This document shows, one piece after another, positions 21,691 through 33,299 of a stretch of 64,000 bases of DNA (its first letter is position 1; every line of letters begins with the position of its first letter). Under the pieces are notes generated by a model. The model made no database searches. It worked only from the letters and a program-made list of their open reading frames with translations, and was not told where the DNA came from. This DNA comes from Octopus vulgaris. Lineage: Eukaryota. The stretch covers positions 93,248,001-93,312,000 of the forward strand of contig OX597815.1 in the NCBI GenBank assembly GCA_951406725.2, given 5' to 3'. A program made the translations under genes and the position numbers.

Positions 21691-22238
21691 AGCACTAACA
21701 AAGGTGTGGTACAATGTATAACTAGTATGTCACTGACCTCTGGCAATGTGAAAAATCTAATCCTTTAAAACACTGCTCCAAATGTTCACTATATATAATG
21801 TATTAAGATCATGATTTTCCTTTTCTCCTTATTTTCATCAGAGCGAACATCATCATCATCAAAATTATTTATCAAGTGAACCCATTACTCAACACCCATT
21901 AAACAGACATGTAAACAATAATTCAACCCTACATCTAAGCGTGTTTATTAGACATCTTAAAACATTGTTTGATTTCTGATACAGATATATAGAGTTTCAT
22001 CTATAGCTGCTGTTGTTGTTACTGTTGGAGAGTATACCTCTGTTAGCTATAAAACACAATTCATAGAGTATGAGCAGCAGAAAATGTAAGCCTAGCTCAG
22101 CTATGGAACACTAGTGATAAGTGAGAACCATTATAGGATACATATTGTTGCCTCTTCAATGTACATACTGTATTAATGATAAATGAGATTATAGTTAGGG
22201 TGAAATTTCTTTTTTGCTTATATATCTCCAGATATCTA

Positions 22239-22467
22239 TTTCTTAACTACCCAGAAGGGGCTAAATACAGAGAGGACAAACAAGGACAGACAAATGGATT
22301 AAGTCGATTATATCGACCCCAGAGTATAACTGGTACTTATTTAATCAACCCCGAAAGGATGAAAGGCAAAGTCAACTTCGGCGGAATTTGAACACAGAAC
22401 GTAACGGCAGACGAAATACGGCTACACATTTCACCCGGCGTGCTAACGTTTCTGCCAGCTCATCGCC
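22239..22467 (-). mobile_element. Young tRNA-derived SINE, CpGs retained
   Basis: Minus strand ggcgatgagctggcagaaacgttagcacgccggg...gttcaaattccgccgaagttgactttgcctttcatcctttcgggg...aataagtaccag; A/B-box-like head. Confidence 0.85.
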
Positions 22468-24783
22468 TTTACAATATATCAATACAGATATCAATACAGG
22501 AGCACAATAATACTGATGCCTACAACATGCAGAGGTGTGCTTTCAGACAATGTGACTCATTCTATCCCATCAGCTTAAAATTTTTCAAACTATTAACCTC
22601 GTCTTTTATGTATTTGTTAGAGGAGCAGACAAAACTTCAACACACTGCCACTGTGATGTAAAAGTTATATCCTTAAAATAGATATAATTAAACAAGCCAT
22701 ACATTTTATGTAAGTAATTATACTTTTCTCATCTGTCAAGAACAATGCTACATCAGAAAGCACTGACAATCATCATAAGACTGTTGTTAGCCCCAGAATT
22801 AACTTGTACCAGGAAAACAGTTTTGACTGCAAATAACCTCTCTCGAATTAACCTCTCACAGATAAAACTATTTTACCAAATTAGGAAAAGTCATAGATAT
22901 TAAGGATACATTATCTTTAATATCAATAATACCATGTTTGGTGATGTCAATAAGACATTCTAGCTAATGTCAAGCACTTTCATTTATGAATTTAGTTGTT
23001 CCAAGTATGAACAAAATGTTGCTCAATCAGTAAAAAAAATCTACAAAGTTCTTGCAAAATTAAAGTTCTAAAGAATTCAGGCTATTTTCAAGTAACTGGG
23101 TGTATAGTATTAGCAACATAAAAATCTAAATATATATGTATTATAGATGAATTAGGTTATACTGACACTAGATCAGCTGATGGCAGAAATGAATAATGAA
23201 TAAGACAGATATGACACAGTTACTGCATCTCTAACTGTACACATATCAAGAAAAAGCCTTTCCCATACTCTTTCTCTCTACCCACATAAGCAATAAGTCT
23301 CTCAAAGTCACCAAAATTCTAAGTCTCCTTATCTCTGATGATCTTTCATGGTCATCTCATACATCTATAACAATACCAAACTGTTATACTAGTTGGCAAA
23401 ATGACATCTCAAATACTGGACATTCTTTTTTAGGACAAGAAAATATTTGAGACCTGATCATTAATGATCCTCTACCAGGTTGTGTTCTTCTCATATCTAT
23501 GAGATAGTGCTACCTCACCACACACACGCGCACACATTTTAGACTGTATATAAAAAAAAAACAGGCCATTGAACAGATTAACTAACTCACTCACCAGCAT
23601 ACATCAATCACTGGTCAAATGTTTCACCGCTGTTACTTTTCTGCCATCTGATTAACTAATTTCCCCCCTCATTACTCCAATTGTATTTCATTCCTTCCCT
23701 CAGGTGCCAAAGTAAATAATTTCTTGGTCATTTTGTCCCCTTCTCAATTCCTTTAGCACTCATATTTTCCTAAAGATGTCAAACTTCAGGCGGATAAACT
23801 AAACATCCACTATACCAACCACACCAGTCTAGTGTAACCAACAAAAGCCATGGGAACTCCCCCCCCCCAATTTGACTTCCTAAAAAATAAGTCAATATTA
23901 AAAATAAAAGCAATGAAAGAAAGGTGTTTTTGTTAGTAAATATCTGCTTACTTCTGTGTGTGTGTGTGTAAATGTGCATATGTAGCAGCCGCATCTGTTG
24001 GGCAGGGCAGGTTGGGCCATGTATCTGAACCTATATGTGCAGAGCTGGACAAGATTTTATTTTTCAGACCAGCTGTCACCCATGTATCATGCAAGTCCCT
24101 CTTCTGTATGTCACCAATCTTCCAAGGGAAAAGCTAAAGGGCAATCTGTATTGGCCTCAGGGTCAATGTGCAGGTGTTACCACCAAACAGATGCTCAAAG
24201 AGATTTGCCACTCTGATACATTGCATTGGAACCTTACAAACATGCAATATAGAAAACATACTCACACACATCAAACATGTGAATAATTTTCATATTTAAA
24301 TGGCCTTTTGTCTTTGTTTTTATTTATTATTTGTGTGCATGTGTTTGCATGCGTGTATTTATCAAGTTTGAAAGAAGGTGGGTTGAAAAGTAACTTTCTT
24401 TCATGATTCTTTCAGTCTAATGATTTAGCAGTCCTTTCGTTTTATCATACACTAACAAATAAAGACACATAGATAAATGTACAATTACCTACATGGCATT
24501 ATAAGTGTATATTACAAAAAAATTATTTTACTCATTTTCGTTTATCTCCAGAAACTAGAAGCCAATCATAATCAGTGATATATTGTTCAAAGCTGGCAGA
24601 AAATGAAAGAATATTTCAAAGTATTCTTGAACACAAAATATCAGCCAAAGTATTCCCCACTGAACAATAATGATTTAAGATTTACTGAGTCATGAGTCCA
24701 ATTTGCATGAATTAATCAAACTATTACATAATCACCTTGTTATTCAGAAATCATTTTAATTTAAATTTAGTTGGATAGTATTG

Positions 24784-24853
24784 AGAGAAGAGAAGAGAAG
24801 AGAAGAGAAGAGAGGGAAGAGAAGGGGAGAGAGAGAGAGAAGGAGAGAGAGAG

Positions 24854-24927
<74 letters not shown>

Positions 24928-24930
24928 GAG
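24784..24930. repeat. (AG)n microsatellite
   Basis: Long GA-rich run. Confidence 0.95.
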
Positions 24931-25184
24931 AGGCTTTCATGTCTGCCAGATCAAAGACAAAGGACAAATGGTACAGGAGTTAAAGAGAAAATGTGACAAG
25001 AGGAAAGGTAAAACTAACTTGATAATATGCAACCAAGAATAATTATTATGAGAGTTGCTGAAGACAAAAATAATCTTTGTTGACAGAACCCAACGAGAAA
25101 AAAGCAAGTCATAAAAGATGCTTCATATGGAATGCTCTTTCTGCTGATGTTGGTATGATGACCAAACCAAGCTCGGACTATTGT

Positions 25185-27555
25185 GTTGTGCATGCACAAT
25201 TGACTGCATATTCAGCAGAGCATACAAGCTTCATTTCCTTCTAGTCTTCATGTTTCCTCTGCATCCACAGTGCAAGTTTCACTACCATGTACATAAGTCT
25301 CATACAATCTGCCTTTCATTCTGAGAGAAAGACCTTTTGTTGTCAACCGAGGTAACAGGTCTCTAAACTTTCTCCAGCCAGTCTGTATTCTGACAGCTGT
25401 ATTTTCAGAACACCCTCCTCTACTGCTAATTAGCTTACCTAAGTAAAAGAACCTAAGGACCCTCCTGGGCATTCAAGAAAACATATTTCTTGGTGTCCTT
25501 AGTATTTATTGTTTCTGCACATCTGTCACAAACAAAGTCTACATTCTCTATCAATATTTCTGTGATTTCATTGAACCTCTAATGTGTCCACAATTTGCAC
25601 AGAGTATACCATAAGGAACTTCTATCCACACCTCTGAAAAGGTTAGCATACTGTCTGATTATTTGCCTATGAGATCTTTAGTCTTTGCTAAGTTAACTTT
25701 AAGGCTTTTTGATTCCAGGTTTTGCTTCCACACTTGAAATTTGTTTTCTTGTTCAGCTACAAGAACTTGGTTATCAGCAGTAAGGAATTCCCACAGACAA
25801 CCAATCTTAAACTCCTGTTATGGTCTAGAGGACAATGAAAATTAGAAGGGGACCAAGAGTCAAGCCCTGATGAAGTCCTACATGCACATTGAATTTGTAA
25901 CTGTACTCATTGCTAATTATCACTTTAGTACAACACCCTTGCAAATAGCTTGGATGGCTATCACCAGCCATTCATCTACTCTTAACTTCTGCATCAATCA
26001 CCAGATCAGGGAGAAAAAGACCATGTCAAAGGCTTTCTCCAGGTTGATGTAAGTCATGTACAGTGGTTTACTTTTGGATAAATACGTCTACTGTAATTGT
26101 CTTACTATAAAAGGAACACCAGTAGTATTCCCCATTACCATTAAATGAAACAGCACCTCATCTAGTCTAACTCTTTCCCTAATAAACTGAGCTATAACTT
26201 TCCCAGTAATTTTCAGGATCTGATCCAACAATCCAATACCTCTGTAATTACTCCTCTCTATGCATTTCCTTTACCCTTTTAGCAGCTGACTATAATATTG
26301 CTACACCAGCATTATAGTGATTCCTTTACAACCTGATTAACTAAACAGGTGACTGCCAAATATTTTAAGCATTTTAGTAGTAATTCCTGATAGATCAGGA
26401 GCTTTTCCTGCATTTATATTCTTAATGTTTTATCTATCATACTGCTATCAACTGGAATGATAAGGTTCACATTTGGAAGGCTCTCAAATACATTCTCCAC
26501 ATTTATAGTAGCCTTTCACAGTTGCACTTCATGCCTTTTTCTTTCAGAATCACTAAAGTGCAAGTGTACCATTATCCATTCATACATGCTTTTCTCTGAC
26601 ACACTGTCTCACAGTCTGGAACACCTCACCCATCTGTTCCACATGTTATAGAATATTGATAAAACTCTTCCTTTCCGATTGTTGCCTTGCTAAGTATACC
26701 TGTCACCTAGTTTCTCTTCTAGCCACCTGGTATACTTCTGCTACCCCCATTCTTCCAAACCTTTGCAGCCTGTCTCTTCACTTTTATGGCTCTGTCTTAC
26801 TTCAGTATTGCACCACCACATCATCTTTGATTTGACTAGAACATTGCACCAGCCACAAATTTGGTCTGTAACCCTCTGTAGGTTGTCTTGTAAGAACTTT
26901 CAGTTGTCCTCTATGTTGTGCATCTCTATCTCCTCCTCCTTCTCATAAAATGTTTCAATTAGGGCTTTTCTACATTTCTGATTGTTTGATGGATCTTTAA
27001 GCTTCTATAGCTTACATTTTCAGACAGGCCTGGATCTCTCAGTTTTTCTAGCCCTAAGACTGAAGTCATTAACCACTAACTTATGCTGAATAATACATTC
27101 TTCACCTGGGAAGAACTTTGCATTTATAACCATATGTCTATCCTGCTTATTGGTGAGAACATGGCTTGCATGCCCACCAAATTGATAGGAGATCAGGTGA
27201 CTGGCTGGTTTCTTCAAGTTGGTGTTGCAGATCATAAAGTCATTTGCATAACAGTGCTCCAAGATCCTTGCTTCCTCTTCATTTTAAAAACAAAATTCAT
27301 AGTCTCAATGCATACCATAGAATCCCTCAGCATGCTGCCATTCATGCTTGTTGAGGCCACAGGCCATAAGGACAAAGTCACTATCATTCATCATTGAGGT
27401 AAACTGCTAAAGGGTATCCTAAAATGGCCCTTCTGGCATCTGATAGTCCTGATTGAGGAGTGTAGGCTGAGATAAGAGTTGCTGTTTTCTTTTCTAAGAT
27501 TTGTTTAAGCTTAATTATCCTACTGCACACTGACTAGCTTAATCACTTTATCCTG
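25185..27555 (-). mobile_element. Decayed RTE-like LINE (APE endonuclease through RT)
   Basis: Minus-strand remnants EHCYANDFMICNTNLKKPASHLISYQFGG, FFPGEECIIQHKLVV, KAPD.SGI, NYRGIGLL, WRKFRDLLPRLTTKGLSLRMKGRLY; homologous to 29500-30900. Confidence 0.88.
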
Positions 27556-28524
27556 CATGTACACATACAGAAAGAGGTGGGAAGAGACTGAAGATGTATG
27601 TGTGTGTGTGTGTGTGATACACCTACTATAAAAGTAACATTAAAGAAAAATATTCCATCCACAACAATACTGTTACTTTTACAGTGGGTTATTGTAATGC
27701 AAGTGAAATTTTAAGTGTAAAAAAGCAAAGTATATCTGTTGCAAAATAATATAAACAATATGTTTAAAATGAAAAATTCATGCAGAATTATCATAATTCT
27801 CATTCAACAAATTGACAAACAACTAAGTGTTTTATTTCCTGGGCAGCACAGAATGTTCTTCTATTGTCATGTTGGTGCAGGGTGTGTGCTATAATGATTA
27901 GATACAGACCTAGAATATATATAGAACTACTGCCACTTCACTTTTTAATTTAACTGCCACCTATGCTATACTTTCAACATGTTTATTTCAAGATATAACA
28001 CACACACTACATATTATTACGCATGCACACAAACACACAATTACATATTAGAACATCACCAATGTATAGTTTGTATCAGATAATACACAATAGACAATAA
28101 CAGGCTTTAAGTAGGTATCATTAAATTATGTCTCTTGATTGGATCAAGTACAGTGGCATTAAATAGAGCTTATGAGAGGGACCAATTCAATTATGTTGCT
28201 GTAGTCCTTTAAATTGATACAGTGAAGAGGTTTGAGTCCATTGCTATAAGAATCAGAAGGACTGTATATATTACAAATGTCCCATTAGATTGCACAGTTG
28301 ATCTCTCACAGGGAAAGACCTTCAGGTGATGAACATCTAGAGTGAAAAGATGTGATTTTCAATAAAAAGAAATACTTGCTCCATCTTTCAATAGTGGCAC
28401 CATAAAACAAGAATTTAACAATAACCAATATCCTCTATATATATGTAGCTCACAGAATAATAACTTATTTTAACATGAAGAATACAGGGGACTGTGGTCT
28501 TAAAGGCTTTTACAAGGAATCTTG

Positions 28525-29210
28525 TCTTTTTTCAACTCAGTACATCTATCACCTCTATTTCAGCACAGATCATAATCCCCTCTTAGTTCTGTAAACATAG
28601 TTTTTGTCTTCTGTCTTAAAAACAAACTTAAGTTCTCATCTATTTACTTTTTGGCTGACTGAATATTCTAAGATTTTTAAATTCTATCTACTATTAATTT
28701 GCTGTTTCATTAAAATTATGTTTCGCAAAAACCCCCAAAAGAATTATCTCTCTCCCCCTCGTGTTCTGTCTTAACACCGGCATTGTCTCTCTCTCACTCT
28801 CCCTGTTTCGATAACACTTGCTTCTCCAATCACTTACCTCCTCCTTTACCATCCCACTCTATATAAACTTGCTCTCTCAGATTCCTACTACATTTCAATA
28901 ACCCTACCAAAAGAATACAAATCCAACCAGAGGATGTTGTTCAGATAAGGAATTTTTTTTTCCAACTCAATACATCTATCACCTCTATTTCAGAGCAGAT
29001 CATAATCCCCTCTTAGTTCTGTAAACTCAGTTTTCATCTTCCATCTTAAAAACAAACTTAAATTCAAACGAATACCCTATCATCACTCATTCATTCATCT
29101 ATTTACTTTTGTCACATTGCCAATTAGTCATTTCTCTAATTTTGTCACAGATTGGCTGACCGAACATTCTAGGATTTTAAAATTCTCTCTACTATTAATA
29201 TGCTATTCCT
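28525..29210 (+). repeat. Imperfect direct duplication (~180 and ~250 bp copies) upstream of the LINE ORF
   Basis: caactca.tacatctatcacctctatttcag..cagatcataatcccctcttagttctgtaaac... occurs at ~28533 and ~28963. Confidence 0.8.
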
Positions 29211-29502
29211 AACACCGGCTTTGCTGTTTCACGGTGCGAAAGTCCTTCCACCCCCACCACCAATTCCGGAAGTCCCTTTCCTCTGACATCCTTCGGTTGT
29301 CTCCCATGAACACTTCTAAAGGCTTAATGCCATCCCCACCCCTACTTAGAGTCTATCTTCTATGTAAGGTTGTGATCATATAGTGCATAAAAATGATGGC
29401 GTAGTGTATGCAGGTTGAAGACCGTTGTTTGTTTATGAATTCTGCCAAATGCGAGCTTCCTTTTCAGGTACATGACATGACTGTCCCCCATCCCAGAGTC
29501 AC

Positions 29503-31440
29503 ATGGGCACACTGAAAGGTAGGTCTGGTGAGATTGATGAAATGCTTGAACGGAGACGTGTAGATTTGTGCTGCATCCAAGATGTAAGGTGGAGAGGAGT
29601 TTCTGCTAGGTTCCTCACAGTCAAAGAACATAGATACAAGATCTTCTGGGCAGAGAACACTGACGGGATTGGGGGCATGGGTATATTTCTTGCAGAGAAA
29701 TGGGTTGATAACGTAATCGAGGTAGTCAGAGTCTGCGATAGAATACTTAAGATTAGATTAGTGCTACATTGTGGGTTATCAACCGTTATCTTGGCCTATG
29801 CCTCTCAGCCGGGGCTGCCTGATGGAGAGAAAGTCCTCTTTCTTTATGACACCCTCTTGCTGGCAACGAGTACAGTGAAAAATTCTGGGTAGAGGTAGGG
29901 GTTCACCAAGGTTTAGTCCTCAGCCCCCTCCTATTTATCATAGTCCTCCAGGCAATAACAGAGGAATTCAAGACAGGATGCCTCTGAGAGCTCTTTTATT
30001 CTGATGACCTTGCTCTAATGGCGGAGTAACTATCAGAACTAGAGGAGAAGTTTCAGGTGTGGAAGAAAGAATTAGAATCGAAGGGTCTTAGAGTCAACCT
30101 AGCAAAAACCAAAGTCTTAATAAGTAGGAAGGCAGACAAACCACAAATCCCTTCAGGTAGACGGCCCTGCTCGATCTGTAGAAAAGATGTAGGTAGAAAC
30201 TCTGTAAGGTATACCCAGTGTAAGCTATGGACATATAAGAGGTGCAGCAATATCAAAGGAAGGCTGACTGGGAAGATAGTTTTTGTATGTGGCAGACGCC
30301 CAGAAGCAATAAACACTGAAAATGTGCAGAGAACATCCACCACATTCCAGGGAGAAAAACTAGAAGTAGTTGATAGCTTCCTTTACCTAGGTGACCAAGT
30401 CAGTAGCCAGTGGGGATGCTCTGAAAGTGTAGCTGCTAGAATAAGAATAGCTTGGACAAACTTCAGAGAGCTCCTACCTCTGCTGGTTACAAAGAGCCTC
30501 TCGCTCAGAGTAAAAGGTAGACTGTAAGATGCATGTGTACGACCAGCCATGCTACAAGGCAGTGAAACATGGGCTGTGACTGCTGAGGACATGCATAAGC
30601 TTGCAAGGAATGAAGCTAGTGTGCTCTGCTGAATGTGTAATGTCAGTGTGCATACATGACAGAATGTAAATGCCTTGAGAGAACAGAAGGACCTAAGAAG
30701 CATCAGATGTGGTGTGCCAGAGAGACAACGGAGAGAATGGATGAGGATAGCTGAGTGAAAAAGTGTCACACCCTAGTGATTGAAGGAACCTGTGGAAGAG
30801 GTAAACCCAGGAAAACCTGGGTTGAGGTGGTGAAGCATGACCATCAAACATTAGGCCTCACCGAGGCAATGAGTAGTGACTGAGACCTTTGGAAATATGC
30901 TGTGCTTGAAAAACCTGGCAAGCCAAGTGAGACCCTAACCTGTGACCTATGCCAGTGGTGTATCCAGCCACTTATGCGTAGCTCTCTTTCATTGGGCACT
31001 AAACTCTGCTTGTGAAGACTTATTGAGGCAAGTAAAATCGAAATCAAATTTACTGATGTGGCTGATGACAGCACCGTCTGACTGGCATCTGTGCGAGTGG
31101 AACATTAAGAGCGTGATCGTTGCTAGGACCACTGACTGACTCCTGTGCCAGTGGCACATAGAAAGCACCATTCAAGCATGATTGTTGCTAGCGTCGCCTT
31201 ACTAGCATGTGAAAACCAACATTTGAGTGAGGTCGTTACCAGTGCTGATGGGCTGGCTCCTGTGCAGGTGGCACGTAAAAAACACAATTTGAGCGTGGCC
31301 ATTGCCAGTACCGCCTGACTGGTCCCGTGCCGGTGACATGTAAAAGCACCCACTACACTCTCGGAGCGGTTGGCGTTAGGAAGGGCATCCAGTTGTAGAA
31401 CCTCTGCCAGATCAGATTGGGGCTTGGTGCAGCCATCTGG
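29503..31440 (+). mobile_element. Internally deleted RTE-like LINE with repeated 3' tail
   Basis: EN N-terminus (GTLKGRSGEI..VDLCCIQDVRWRG) fused at ~29860 to RT (GVHQGLVLSPLLF, FYSDDLAL, GLRVNLAKTK, FLYLGD) and C-terminus (GRGKPRKTW); then ~60 bp hairpin repeats and the aggaagggcatcc tail. Confidence 0.9.
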
Positions 31441-32524
31441 CTTTTGTGTTTTATCCTTGTACCTGTACTAGAGTGGCTAGACTTGAGAGAAGGAGTGATG
31501 GATAACAATAGGTGAATAAATGGTGAGAGTGAATGATGAATGGTCTTTACCAAATGATCAGTGAGGTATTTAGGTAGAGTGTATGAGATACACACAGGTC
31601 CAATGAGGTCTCTTAATTATTCTTTTAAAATGGTAAGGAGGAAGCTACAGTGATAAAAATGAGAGAGGGAAATAAGGAGCGTTGGAGAGAGGGTCAAATA
31701 GGTCTTGTGACATCCTTAGTTACACTGGAAGCAATGTGTGGTCAACCAAAGAACTCTATTGCATTTGCTGAAATGGTCATGTCTGAACCACTTGTAATAG
31801 TAGTTTTACTCATTCAGGGCTGACTGGGAGCTAACAAAAAGAAATAAGCTCCACAATAGCAATAGAGACAAGGTAGTCATGATTAACAGAATTATTTATT
31901 CAGGTACCTTTGTACTACTAGAGGAATAAGTGAGAAAAACTGACTGCTACTACCCTCTCTCTACTGAGACTAATGCATAAAAACACATATACATCAAAAT
32001 CCCTGTAGCATTAACAATCTCATTAACTTAATGCACTGTACTGGCATATATTCCACTGGGAAATGAGTGATAAAGGGAGATAACTACCATAGTATAGATA
32101 AGTCTACATTGTCTATTACTCTTATAACCACCACTTGAGCCAGCTTACAAAACCAGATTGGTCAAATTGGGAGAATGCAATATACCTACAGCCCCCATCC
32201 ACACACTCACTCAAAGGACCTGTATGTCAGCATGCTTAATATCGACTTCAACCTGAGGGTTGTGCATGATCTGTGGGTCATATCGAAACATTCAAACAGC
32301 TTGCTTCCAATGTCTCACAGGTCTATTAAAAAGTGAGCTAACATGGGACTACATAACAACAACAAATGCAAGAATTGGTTTACTTCTGTGGGCAAATAAT
32401 ATACATCATAATATTCTTTTGTTTTTAAATAAAACATTTACAATATAACAGATCACAAGCACACAAATTCCTACACAGCAATATTGTTTTTTAACTGTGC
32501 TTTAATTCAGTAATACTTCTTTAC

Positions 32525-32640
32525 CTCTAATGCATCCCTTTCAAAAAGACGTAATTTTAAGCACAGATCCAATTTCCGTTTGCGGGTGGCCCATAGTTCC
32601 TCCAACTGTGCACGACTTTCATTAAGTTGTTGTAGAACAC
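32525..32640 (-). CDS. trio: Trio exon, spectrin repeat: xVLQQLNESRAQLEELWATRKRKLDLCLKLRLFERDALE
   Basis: tttttag|GT acceptor, GAG|gtaaag donor; 116 nt, phase 1 to 0; resembles Trio [36 protein letters not shown]. Confidence 0.93.
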
Positions 32641-32704
32641 CTAAAAACAAAAAAAAAGGCATAATAAGGATCATTTAAAACAATAACAATAATAATAATA
32701 ATCC

Positions 32705-32890
32705 TGTCTACTATACACACAAAGGCTGAAATTTGGGGGAGGGGACTAGTTGATTACATCGACCCCAGTGCTTCACTGGTACTTAATTTACGACCCCGTA
32801 AGAATGAGAAGCAAAGTAGACCTTGGTGGAATTAGCAACAGGCAAAATACCGCAAAGTATTTAATCCCGCGTGCTAATGATTCTGCCTGT
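32705..32890 (-). mobile_element. tRNA-derived SINE (22239 family), followed by (AAT)n
   Basis: tcgaccccagt...ctggtacttaattt.cgacccc...gcaaagt.gacct core. Confidence 0.7.
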
Positions 32891-32904
32891 TCACCACTGT
32901 AGCA

Positions 32905-32952
<48 letters not shown>

Positions 32953-33299
32953 TAATAAAAATAATAATAATCCTTGCTACTGGAAGCATGAAGCCTAAAA
33001 TTTGGGGGAAGGGATTAAATCAATTACAAAATCGACTACAAAAAAATGGAAAAGATGTGTTTATGTGTGGCATGCATTAACTACCCTAGAAGGCCTTCTG
33101 TAGATATGGATCCTGAAAAATGAGCCATGAGTAAACTAGTACCAAGTAAAAAGCAAGCAATTCTGCAGACATAGATGGAAGAGGGAATCATAAAAGCAAA
33201 TCTCATGGAAATTTCTCTCCACTCCTTTTCTATTTGACTCTAGCAACTTTAATCAACATGCTGAACCAGACAAGACTCATATACAACTACAACAGAAGA

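Larger units (their letters stand above)
2480..32640 (-). other. trio: Internal 16-exon segment of a Trio/Kalirin-family Rho guanine-nucleotide exchange factor gene (spectrin repeats to DH1); gene continues beyond both ends
   Basis: 16 GT-AG exons splice with consistent phases into one stop-free frame containing Trio hallmark peptides ([48 protein letters not shown]). Confidence 0.95.

Noticed and set aside
24767-24983. ORFs rich in ER / SL dipeptides
   Set aside because: Translations of the (AG)n microsatellite
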